Assembly (NCBI GenBank): GCA_963765895.1
Contig: CAVXZB010000071.1
Coordinates: 1 to 28,859, forward strand
Length of the DNA stretch: 28,859 bases
Origin: an uncultured Nitrososphaeraceae archaeon
Lineage (GTDB): Archaea; Thermoproteota; Nitrososphaeria; Nitrososphaerales; Nitrososphaeraceae
Reading direction: 5' to 3'
Part shown: piece after piece, positions 1 to 9,469 of the stretch
How positions within the stretch are numbered: position 1 is the first letter of the stretch
Layout: each line of letters begins with the position of its first letter
The notes under the pieces: model-generated
The model's input: the letters and a program-made list of their open reading frames with translations, nothing else
What the model was told of the DNA's origin: nothing
Database searches by the model: none
Position numbers and translations under genes: made by a program

Positions 1-157
1 TCTGCATATGTCTAGTTCGATCTTGTTTTATAGTATTCCACATATCTACAAGATCTGATTTACTTTCTTTTTCTGCATCAGATGTGTAATTATCCACAGT
101 AGAGTACAGAAACTGAGCCTCTTTGCCAAGTGCAATGAGGATATCATATGTCGTCAT
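1..157 (-). CDS. Small helical hypothetical protein (partial, runs off the window start)
   Basis: Manual translation from ATG 157: MTTYDILIALGKEAQFLYSTVDNYTSDAEKESKSDLVDMWNTIKQDRTRHMQ..., open to the window edge. Resembles small ferritin-like helical hypotheticals of Nitrososphaerales (from memory, not searched). The N-terminus may extend to TTG 305 through a frameshift. Confidence 0.6.
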   Translation of the reverse strand, partial: MTTYDILIALGKEAQFLYSTVDNYTSDAEKESKSDLVDMWNTIKQDRTRHMQ

Positions 158-566
158 AATCTATGGGGTGGAATTCCTACTACCAGCTGATAATGGGCGC
201 TAGTAATTCCGACAAAACTCCTTTATTGTCTGTAGTTGGCTTGCCGGAACTAAGTTTTATCACGTCCGTATCAGTTGGACCAGATATCTTTGCTAAATCC
301 GGCAATATTCTCTAAGATTTAAGTTCTTTCTATTCCTGTTTGTTTAATCAATAATAGGTATAAAGATGGCCACAACTGGGAATATGATCACTATCTTTAT
401 CTATATCGAAAAAGGAATATTCTGAACAACCAATGTCCACACTGGATCTCACATACCGCTGGACTGCTTGCAGTTTCGTTTTTGCCGGCTTCTTGGACTA
501 AATCCGTATATATAATACCGCACTGAGATTGTCATGTCTTCAACAACGCAATTTAGCTCGAATTAC

Positions 567-1627
567 GTGGTCAGTATAAGGCAAAGGCTTATGCTGTGCG
601 AGTGCAAAATCGCCGCTCGCCCCAATGACAATTTCACGACGCGATCCAGACGATCATGATGTTCAGATCGAAATCCTTTTCTGCGGTATATGTCATTCTG
701 ACCTTCATACTGTCCGTAGCGAATGGAGCGCGGCGCCCACTGTCTATCCATGCGTTCCTGGACATGAGATCGTTGGCCGCATCACCAAGGTTGGTTCTGC
801 AGTCACCAGGTTCAAGCCAGGTGACATTGCTGGCAGTCTGGCTGCATGGTTGATTCTGATGGCAACTGCCACGAGTGCCAGGATGGACTCGAGCAGTTCT
901 GCCCACACGTCACCCTCACCTACAACTCTCCAGACGTGCACCTTGGAGGAGTCACCTATGGCGGCTATTCTGACAGCATTGTAGTCAATGAGCACTTTGT
1001 CCTACACGTTCCTTCCAACTTAAATCTTGCCGGAGCCGCGCCTCTCCTCTGCGCAGGAATTACAACATACTCGCCCATGCGGCATTGGGGTGTTACCAAA
1101 GGCAATAAGGTCGGTGTGGTAGGTCTAGGTGGGTTGGGTCATATGGCAGTAAAGTTAGCTCATGCACTTGGGGCCCATGTCGTAGTCTTTACCACGTCGC
1201 CTAATAAGAAAGAAGACGCACTTCGCCTAGGTGCAGACGAGGTGGTCATTTCACGAAATACCGAAGAGATGAGAAAGCATAAAGGTAGCTTCGACTTTAT
1301 CCTTGATGCGGTTTCTGCCGAGCACGACATTAACTCTTACATACGATTACTCCGCCGCGATGGCAACATCACCGTTGTAGGCGCACCGGACAAACCTTTT
1401 GCCGTTCCGGCCTTTAGCCTTATATCGAAGCGACTGAGCATCTCAGGCTCGCCCATAGGAGGTATTGCCGAAACGCAGGAAATGCTCGACTTCTGCGGCA
1501 AACATAACATCACTGCTGACGTAGAAGTTATTCCAATCCAGAAAGTCAACGAAGTTACGACAGGCTGTCCAAAGCAGATGTAAAGTATCGCTTTTCCATT
1601 GATATGACTTCTCTGAAATCACAGTGA
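567..1627 (+). pseudogene. Zn-dependent NAD(P) alcohol dehydrogenase (cinnamyl-ADH/YahK-AdhC type), frameshifted
   Basis: Joins ORFs 625-984 and 846-1583. Motifs: CGICHSD, PGHEIVG, structural-Zn Cys cluster (C..C..C...FC), GLGGLGH Rossmann. Frameshifts near 598 (YKAKAYA/ASAKSPLAP), 835-845 (GDIAG/GCMVDS) and 1554 (true C-terminus YDRLSKADVKYRFSIDMTSLKSQ, TGA 1625-1627). Start is approximate. Confidence 0.92.
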
Positions 1628-1974
1628 TATCGTATTACAAACAAACAATTGTTATTCAGGAACAACTTGACGGAGCAACATCGCGAGACTAAATAGAGAA
1701 GCTTAGCGTATTGACGAGCAATACAAGATAACCAAAATCAATTATAAAAACGTAGTAAAGTGATTATGAAGAGTTGTTACTGCTATTCCTAGTCTGCCGG
1801 CAAGGATAGCCCCGATTATAACTGTCAATTTCTCTGCGATTATATATCAACATATTAGTATTGTATAAGAGGCTTTATGAAAGGCAATCATCCCCATCCT
1901 TTCCTATCGTATTGTTGTGATTCTGTGCTATAAGCCTATTCAATTATAATAGTAGTGATTGGAAACACCATAAA

Positions 1975-2271
1975 CTAATTCAATGCATGTCAGAAAGAGA
2001 ATTATGAGATTAATTGATGACTGTATTTACGTTCTTTATGTTATAACATATGCTTCAGGTAAAAAAGTCCGGCACAAATGAAATGCTGATCTTTAGTTCA
2101 ATAAGAAATTACTGAATGCAATTTATAGACAAATAATGCAAAAAACCTCTCATAGCGAGCACAAATATAATCTACAATTAGTAACTGGTAACTAACAACC
2201 GTAATGTACCGCACTACAATAAGTGATATAGAATGTTCGCCGGCGGAGACCACATTAATGAATGATGGAGA
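1975..2271 (+). repeat. Diverged dispersed repeat, copy 1 (partner about 22101-22420)
   Basis: Shared start CTAATTC(A/T)ATG, colinear homology through the ORF, 24/25-identical block ACTAACAACCGTA(A/G)TGTACCGCACT at 2191-2215, and weaker similarity to GAATGATGGAGA near 2260-2271. Confidence 0.85.
1983..2195 (+). other. Small ORF with internal stops, copy 1 of a duplicated element
   Basis: One frame: MHVRKRIMRLIDDCIYVLYVITYASGKKVRHK*NADL*FNKKLLNAIYRQIMQKTSHSEHKYNLQLVTGN*. Aligns codon by codon with 22109-22345. Confidence 0.7.
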
Positions 2272-2631
2272 CTAGATTTAAGAAATCAAGCAGACAAATA
2301 TGAACACAATAAATCATAGTACATGAATCAGTATCAGCTTACTCAAGCCAGATATACTGGCAATTCGAGCTACTGGTACTATAAGCGCAGGCAGCATCTG
2401 ACATGTACTATTACATTCCAATCTAACGGGTAGCCATATCTTACTAAAACATCCAGATGATAGACTGACAGCAGTACCAAGACATCAGACAATAATGGAA
2501 GGACCACCTTCCTCTTTATAGCAAGTCTATAGGCTGCAGGCCTGTCAGTGATTTATCCACATTATTGGTATCATATTGATAATATTATGTGTATGTATTT
2601 AACGGTGAGATATATTCCTAGAAGTTATTAT

Positions 2632-2842
2632 CTACGGTAAGATACGACTACTTCTCCTTCCAGAGATCTTTCGTGAAACTTGGTTCAGAGACAAGTTTAC
2701 CCCCCTTCCATCAGGATCGCGTAGTACAATCCAGTCGCTTTTCGCCGGCTCTCTTTGGACATAGTGAAGAGCTTGCTGCAAACATTTCATTATTTGGTTA
2801 AATTTTAGCGAACTACATTTAGATGATACGTCCAGTCTGCAT
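2632..2842 (-). pseudogene. VOC/glyoxalase-family relic (N-terminal half)
   Basis: Manual translation: MQTGRII*... then KFNQIMKCLQQALHYVQREPAKSDWIVLRDPDGRGVNLSLNQVSRKISGRRSSRILP*. The W.VLRDP.G.G.NLSL pattern is typical of VOC proteins. It has internal stops and lacks the C-terminal HLDL half. Confidence 0.6.
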
Positions 2843-3197
2843 TATAGTTATAGCTAGTTTTAACAGGATTTAGTCTAGCATTAATATTTATTATAAGTTG
2901 TACATGTTTGTCCCAAATATGAATTGCATAATTCATGAATTCCTAGGAATACGGGAGTTTCGCCGGAACCTAATACTATATGTAAAGCCCAAGTGCCAAA
3001 TGCCGGCAAACTGAAACGTCGTAATGCGTATCAATCCCTAATTCATCGAAGTATCACATTGTAGGATATTATCTGACGCGGTTGCACGTATCTCTTTGGG
3101 ACACAAGACTGTTACTATAAAACCTTAATTATTACATCCCATCTAAATAAAAACCGATAATGGCAAGTTATTATGAGCTAGGAGCGACGATGCAATT

Positions 3198-4358
3198 TTG
3201 ATACAAAAATCCCTGAAAATATATGGTTCTACAATATTTCTGATATTTGTTATTTTGACACTAGTATCATCAATTACCACAGTTCCCTTTACGGATAATA
3301 TTAGCATAGTTTTTGCAAAAAAAGACAAAGGCGGCGATAAGGGTTCTAGTAGCGATAATGGTGGAGGCGGAGGAACAACAACTACGGAGGAAGGTAGCGG
3401 CAATAGCAATGGGGGAGGCAGCAGTAGTGATACCGGTAATACTTCACCTGCCCAGGCTCCAACAAACCAAGAAACCTGTCCTGATGGATCAATGCCTGAT
3501 GCTAATGGTAATTGTCCGGCACAAACTACAAACACTTTAAACCCAAACACAGGCACAACAAGACAATCACCTGATGTCAACAAACCATGTCCAGTATCAG
3601 AACAAATTCGCAATCCAGACACCGGATTATGTGAATCCATTACAGTCGAGGGGCCGGCTAATAATGGTACAACTGGACCCAGCGGAACAGTGCCACCTGC
3701 TAATAATGGTACAACTGGACCCAGCGGAACAGTGCCACCTGCTAATAATGGTACAACTGGACCCAGCGGAACAGTGCCACCCGGCCTGAGCGTAAGTGGT
3801 AATTGTAATGCGGTAGCACTTAGTGATGCGACAAACAATTCTAGCTCTGCATCCTCAGGAGCAGTCACCTGCAATAACAGCGTAGTTAATAAATACATAT
3901 ATCAGCAACATCTCAGTCAGACTCTTCCTCAAATTCAATCGGCTATTGCTAATAAAGGTCCTATAATTCAGTCAGATAACATGAAACTAGGTCAGGCTCA
4001 AGTAATCGGGACAAATAACATAATTGTCGTTGGAGATTTTTCTCCCTTTAGGATAGTTGGCGGACACATATCTGCTACTCTACCTAAGGGGAACAACATT
4101 CAGATTGTAGTTGGAGAAATAAGTACAACAGGTGTATTATCCAAAGCAGTACCATTATCGTTAGTTAAAGCTCGGGATTTGACTATCCACGATGCATTAT
4201 ACACTACCAACCTAGGTAATATCGTACAAGGAAGAGATATATTTAGTGGAAATACAGTAACAATTAACTCCCCAAATATTATCATTTTATATAACGTTGG
4301 AAAATTAGTTACCTTCTCAGGTTCCAATAGCATAGCATACACCGCCATAATTGCCTAA
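3198..4358 (+). CDS. Secreted/surface protein with low-complexity G/S/T/N linker, Cys-pair motifs and 14-aa tandem repeats
   Basis: 386-aa intact ORF. Hydrophobic signal segment ending ...IVFA-KKDK; motifs CPDGSMPDANGNC and CPVSEQIRNPDTGLC; 3x (PANNGTTGPSGTVP); beta-rich C-terminal domain. Confidence 0.8.
   Translation: MIQKSLKIYGSTIFLIFVILTLVSSITTVPFTDNISIVFAKKDKGGDKGSSSDNGGGGGTTTTEEGSGNSNGGGSSSDTGNTSPAQAPTNQETCPDGSMPDANGNCPAQTTNTLNPNTGTTRQSPDVNKPCPVSEQIRNPDTGLCESITVEGPANNGTTGPSGTVPPANNGTTGPSGTVPPANNGTTGPSGTVPPGLSVSGNCNAVALSDATNNSSSASSGAVTCNNSVVNKYIYQQHLSQTLPQIQSAIANKGPIIQSDNMKLGQAQVIGTNNIIVVGDFSPFRIVGGHISATLPKGNNIQIVVGEISTTGVLSKAVPLSLVKARDLTIHDALYTTNLGNIVQGRDIFSGNTVTINSPNIIILYNVGKLVTFSGSNSIAYTAIIA
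3657..3781 (+). repeat. Intragenic 42-bp tandem repeat, 3 copies
   Basis: GCTAATAATGGTACAACTGGACCCAGCGGAACAGTGCCACCT starts at 3657, 3699 and 3741. Copies are identical except the last base of copy 3. Confidence 0.97.
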
Positions 4359-4582
4359 GTCTCTTATTCTTATTTTATGGATAAGAAGAATGGTGAAAAA
4401 TGAGCGAAGAACTAGACTAATCAAAGACTTTTAGTTTTAATACATGTGATATGCACTTGAGAGGATTCGGCTCTTTTTTACGCTTTCAGCGTACTACCTT
4501 TGCATTTTATGAATCTAAATCCAGATGTTTGTATTTGTATTATCTACTTCATGAGATTAAAGTGCAGTGAGAACTATTCCTA

Positions 4583-6193
4583 ATGTTATGGGGTGTCTCA
4601 ACTTCTTCTTATCAGGTAGAAGGCGGCATAATGAATAATGACTGGAATATATTCACAACATCAGAGGAAATTAAGAAAAGGATATCAAAGCTAACTACTC
4701 GCATATTTTACAGAGGCAGTAAGAGAGTTATTCTAGAACCAGCAGCTAATGCAGTTAAGTTTTGGGATCCAAAATACTATGAAGCTGACTTTGATAGCGC
4801 TAAGAAGTTAGATTTGAATGCATTTCGATTAGGTTTAGAATGGGCACGCATACAACCCGCAGAAGGCGAATGGAATGAGCAGGCGATTAACCATTATAAA
4901 CAGATGATACTATCAATGCGTAAAAGAAGTCTAGAACCCATAGTAACTCTCAACCATGTTACACTTCCTCTCTGGATACTAACTCCTCCTATAACTTTTA
5001 AAAAAAAATTTGGACAAAACTTGTTACCTTCTCCACTAAAGGAGCTGCCCCTGACAGATCCATTACAAACAGATCTATATTGGAAATCTTTTAAGGGATG
5101 GGAGAGTAATAAAACAGTAGAGAAGTTTATAGAATATTTAACAAAGATTGTCTCGGAGTTTAAGGATATTGTTGATTACTGGATAACAATAACTGAACCA
5201 GTTTCTTCTATCATAGGTGGTGGATATATATCTGGAATATGGTCTCCTGGTTTCTGCCTTGATGGCAACAGGGCTAAAAAAGTATTACATAATCTTATTG
5301 AAGCACATGTTAGGGCATATGACACAATAACAAAAATTGACGATATTGACGCTGACGATGATGGAGTTCCTAAGAAAGTCGGATTGTCGCATATGATGAT
5401 GGAAGTAGAGCGTGCTAGTCCTAGAAGGATCTTCAACGTCCTAATGGGAGACAACGTAGAAGCTGCTAACAGGTTTGATTATTTCATTAATGATTACTTT
5501 CTGAATGCTGTAATAAATGTGGAAGAGGATATTAATTATCTCAATACACTTCAAAGATATAATAAGACTAGCAAAGATTTTGTAATACACCCAGAATGGT
5601 GTAACAAACTCGATTTCGTTGGCCTTAATTACTACAGAAGAGTGTATGTCTATCATAGTAATATTCTAGATTTTACGTCTGCAAGATTTATTGGTGGTGC
5701 AATAGTGAATGATCTACTTGGAAACAAGCAGCCACATAGCATGCTAAGTGATTTAGGATGGGAAATTTATCCGTCTGGATTATACAATATGATTATACGA
5801 ATTAAAGATAAATGGAATAAGCCTGTTTTAGTTACAGAGAATGGTATTGCTGATAAGGACGATAAATACAGAGCGCCATATATCGTTGCGCATATTCAGC
5901 AATTAAAACGAGCTATCGACGATGGCGCAAATATCATCGGATATTTACATTGGTCTCTTATGGACAACTACGAATGGCATGAAGGATATAGATCAGAAGC
6001 AAAGTTTGGTTTGTATAATGTCGATCACAATAGTAATGACTTTAGTCGAAAAATTACCAATGGAGCAATTGCTTTAAAGATGATCATAGAAGATTCCCTT
6101 GTCAATAATGGAGTTATCACAGATGCTGTTATTTACAAGGCAAGAGATAGATTTGGAACATTTACTGATGACGGTTCGAGCGTTATTAAGTAA
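4583..6193 (+). CDS. Glycoside hydrolase family 1 (beta-glucosidase/galactosidase)
   Basis: WGVSTSSYQVEG, FRLGLEWARIQP, TLNHVTLP, acid/base WITITEP, GLNYY, GWEIYP, nucleophile VTENG, WSLMDNYEW..G...KFGL. A few N-terminal residues may be missing. Confidence 0.95.
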   Translation: MLWGVSTSSYQVEGGIMNNDWNIFTTSEEIKKRISKLTTRIFYRGSKRVILEPAANAVKFWDPKYYEADFDSAKKLDLNAFRLGLEWARIQPAEGEWNEQAINHYKQMILSMRKRSLEPIVTLNHVTLPLWILTPPITFKKKFGQNLLPSPLKELPLTDPLQTDLYWKSFKGWESNKTVEKFIEYLTKIVSEFKDIVDYWITITEPVSSIIGGGYISGIWSPGFCLDGNRAKKVLHNLIEAHVRAYDTITKIDDIDADDDGVPKKVGLSHMMMEVERASPRRIFNVLMGDNVEAANRFDYFINDYFLNAVINVEEDINYLNTLQRYNKTSKDFVIHPEWCNKLDFVGLNYYRRVYVYHSNILDFTSARFIGGAIVNDLLGNKQPHSMLSDLGWEIYPSGLYNMIIRIKDKWNKPVLVTENGIADKDDKYRAPYIVAHIQQLKRAIDDGANIIGYLHWSLMDNYEWHEGYRSEAKFGLYNVDHNSNDFSRKITNGAIALKMIIEDSLVNNGVITDAVIYKARDRFGTFTDDGSSVIK

Positions 6194-6354
6194 ATTATTG
6201 CTATCTTCTAGACTGCCGCAATAATAGTTATAGCTGGGCTTTGACAATCCTATCGTTACATGAATCTCCCCTGAAAAGATCAATTTGATTAGTATTGGCA
6301 GTTAACAATTCTTTTATTCCCTTACCTGTAGCGAACTTACCATAACTCCATTTT

Positions 6355-8028
6355 CTAATCCTGGAGTATTTTATGAACAAATGAGATTGCAATTGATCCT
6401 TCACCGACTGCAGATGCAACACGTTTGATGCTCCGCCCCTCACATCGCCTACTGCGAAAACACCTGGCAAACTGGTTTCAAGCAAGTATGGTTGACGGGT
6501 AAGGGACCAGCGTGTATTGGTCGGATTTTCAGGCAAAAGGTCTGGACCTGTCTTTATGAAGCCCTTAGCATCTAGCGCTAGGCAGCCATCAAGCCAGCTG
6601 GTGTTTGGATCGGCACCAGTCATGACGAATATGTGCCTGATTTCGTGTTTTTCAGTCTGTCCCGTTTGATTGTTTCGCCAGCTAACCAATTCTAAATGAT
6701 CGCCACCTTCGACCGCCACGAGTTCTGTATACGGTCGTAATGTTATAGTAGCCGTATCTTCGATCCGGCGAATCAAGTACCGTGACATGCTCTCAGCCAA
6801 ACCTGCAGATCTGACCAGCATGTGTACGTGCTTTGCAGTCTGCGCTAAAAACACAGCAGCCTGGCCCGCTGAGTTTCCTCCACCGACCACAATCAATTCC
6901 TCTCCTCCACATAACTGCGCTTCCATGAAGGTCGCGCCGTAATAGACGCCTACGCCTTCAAAGCGCAACAAGTTTTTGCATGGCGGCCTTCGATACTCTG
7001 CCCCGGTTGCAATCACGATACTGCGTGCAGGAATCAGGGATCCGTTCTCAACTTGGACGACATACGGTTTGTGATCGCAGACGAGTCATGTGCCCTTGGC
7101 AATCATCATCTCCGCGCCGAACTTCTGCACCTGGTGGTATGCCCTACCTGCGAGCTCCTGGCCAGAAATACCTGTAGGAAATCCCAAGTAATTTTCTATT
7201 CTTGAACTTGAACCGGCCTGGCCGCCAGGAGAACTTGTTTCCAGCACTAGAACATCTAGTCCTTCTGAAGCGCCATACACTGCAGCAGCCAACCCCGAGG
7301 GACCAGCGCCGATTATGACGAGATCGCGTACCTGAGTTTGGTCAATAGATTCATTGAAGCCTAGGCAGTCTGCTATTTGCTGCTTACTGGGGTTCCTAAG
7401 TACAATAGTACCTCTGCAAATCACTACAGGTATCTCGCTGGCTGCGAGATGGAAACTATCCAATAGGTTCTGTACATCAGGGTCGCGTTCTAGGTCTATA
7501 TATGAATAGGGATGTCCATTTCGCATCAGGAACTCTTTGATTCGATGCGTATCAGCTGAATGGGTTGACCCGATGAGCACAACATCTCCCATGCCAGCCG
7601 CCACCAATTCAACCCTGCGGAGGATGAAAGCTCGAGTCAGGATCTCGCCAAGCTCAGCATCACTCTGGATCAAAGCCAGCATGTGTTGCCGATCCAGTTC
7701 TATCACCTTACCAGACTCTAGTACCACGCACTCGGAACATGATTCGCCGGCCCGAAAGCATGCCAACTTCGCCCGTGAACTGACCAGATCTATGGATGGT
7801 AACAAGGGTTTCAACGGCACCCGAGGGGCGTACAACCTCAAGTTCGCCCGAAACAACAACAAAGAACGGTGCTGCGCTGTCTCCCTGCTCGCAGAGCACT
7901 TCGCCACGTTCTGTCGTACGCATGTGTCCTAGCGCTGCAATACGACTAATCTGAGGAGGTGTTAATTTCGGAAATATCTGTTCAATGTGAGCTCTGGTTA
8001 GCGGAAGTCCCTTGCGTGTATTGCTCAT
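6355..8028 (-). pseudogene. Cyclic-nucleotide-binding domain fused to a thioredoxin-reductase-like FAD oxidoreductase, frameshifted
   Basis: Three ORFs (7708-8061, 7086-7907, 6228-7016) form one gene. cNMP domain (GEVLCEQGD..FFVVVSGELEV..GQFTGEVGML), GAGPSGLAAAVYGASEG, IENYLGFPTGISG, GGGNSAGQAA, ETSLPGVFAVGDVR. True C-terminus SIKRVASAVGEGSIAISFVHKILQD*, TAG at 6357-6355. Frameshifts near 7725, 7090 and 6432; likely start ATG 8028. Confidence 0.92.
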
Positions 8029-8573
8029 AGAGGTCGCTTCCGGTACGATTGCTCTTTGCAAATCATCGCTAGGAACTTTATATCATATTCCATTGCGACA
8101 AGGGATATCGACATCATATTCTGTGATATGGTTCTACAGTCTAATATGCTTGCTGTAGGTACTATGTTTAAATCAACTTAAGTGATTCTAATATAACAAA
8201 TCTTTTGCCTCACATACATTGCTCTCGCAGCCAACCACGCCTAGATTAAATGTCGTCTTGTAATAAATATCACCATAGTCTACACCGTCGTCAACTCCAT
8301 CTACGTATGACATTCTAGGTGTGACATATTAACGGCCCACCCACCGGGCAAACAGCCTTCTATGTGTTACATGTCTAATCGATGTATGATCCTTTTCATT
8401 TTTCATAAGAACAAACTACAGGAACAAATTATATAAGGTGTACTTCTAGAACACGATCGTTTGCCGGCAGGTTTGTGTATTACCTCCTCCTCAGGATATT
8501 GAATATTGTATTCCACTTGTTCCCCTTTTATCGCTATATATAGCTTAGATATAATATATTATACTACAGTAAC

Positions 8574-8768
8574 GTGTCAGGATTTGATACATGGGAACGA
8601 TATGTGCATTGTCTTTTTTGCAATGCTATGGCTACGTTAAAGCCTACCAAGACTCGTCGTATAATGCTACGATGCAACACGTGTAACGCATTAATCTTTG
8701 CTAACGGAATAATATCACAACAAAGAATTCAGACGTTGAGAGATTTCGTATTTCGGCCTCTACTTTGA
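8574..8768 (+). CDS. Small Zn-ribbon protein
   Basis: 64 aa with CLFC and CNTC pairs, GTG start, TA-rich TATA-like sequence at about 8535-8557. Confidence 0.6.
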   Translation: MSGFDTWERYVHCLFCNAMATLKPTKTRRIMLRCNTCNALIFANGIISQQRIQTLRDFVFRPLL

Positions 8769-8992
8769 TTAGTACTTCAATGATGGGCGTCCAGTGCATC
8801 CAAGTCTAAGGATAATCGTTGACATATGTTAATATATCGTATCCCTAGACGACCAGCTACTGGTCTTAACGTTGGTTACAATGTGTCTTTGTGTCTCCAT
8901 TTATAGTACCAACACAATCAGAGGAAAACTAGATGTGGACCGATGTCGGCTATTGGCTATTTATCGTAATAGGTTTAGTTTCAGTGACGCCG

Positions 8993-9315
8993 CTAGGCCT
9001 GTGGGTAATCCGTGGCTTGACGGGCGCGAAATTCCGGATCATTAGGATGCGGAGTCAGCGGCGTAACGTTGACCTTCATCCAGACATGAAGAGGTAACGA
9101 GTCTAGAACTTCGCGAAGCTCTACCTCGTCTCGGCTCGGAATAGCCCAATGCTGCGCCATTCACCTGGACCGAGTGGTGGGCGCCATAGTCGGATCAAAT
9201 GGCCTACTTTGGCGAGCTCAGCGGCACGCACTGCCTCCGCTGCGCGCAATTCATCGACTTTGGTGTGGCTAGTTCCCTCGGGAACCGTTGTGACCATGTC
9301 AGTTAGGTATTCCAT
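8993..9315 (-). pseudogene. catC: Muconolactone delta-isomerase family protein, one frameshift
   Basis: MEYLTDMVTTVPEG..AEAVRAAELAKVGHLIRLWRPP.GPGEWRSIGLFRA, frameshift near 9132, then DEVELREVLDSLPLHVWMKVNVTPLTPHPNDP...QA* (TAG 8995-8993). LWR, SLPL..WM and PL..HP are signatures of the MIase family. Confidence 0.85.
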
Positions 9316-9320
9316 AGGTT

Positions 9321-9326
9321 CCTCCT
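9321..9326 (-). promoter_or_regulatory. Shine-Dalgarno AGGAGG of the catC-like gene
   Basis: Minus strand reads AAAGGAAGGAGGAACCT-ATG, a 5-nt spacer to ATG 9315. Confidence 0.7.
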
Positions 9327-9469
9327 TCCTTTGATATGATTTAGTCATTTCTATTCCAATGCTGCTGGTCGCCGGATTTTTGCCCCGTTCGATTATGTCT
9401 TTCGACTGATTGTACTAGCAAGTATCATGTACATCACAGAAGAATGAAACTTTGTAGTAATAGGAATGT

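Noticed and set aside
1-3000. CTAG seemed frequent
   Set aside because: About 10 sites in the first 3 kb, close to random expectation. It is not depleted, but not enriched either.
3657-3781. 42-bp direct repeats as a CRISPR array
   Set aside because: No spacers, in-frame inside a coding region, and no cas genes.
3143-3898. 251-aa minus-strand ORF
   Set aside because: Antisense shadow of the low-complexity secreted protein.
6228-6354. Extended C-terminus of the TrxR-like ORF
   Set aside because: Frameshift artefact. The conserved KRVASAVGEG tail is in another frame and ends at 6355.
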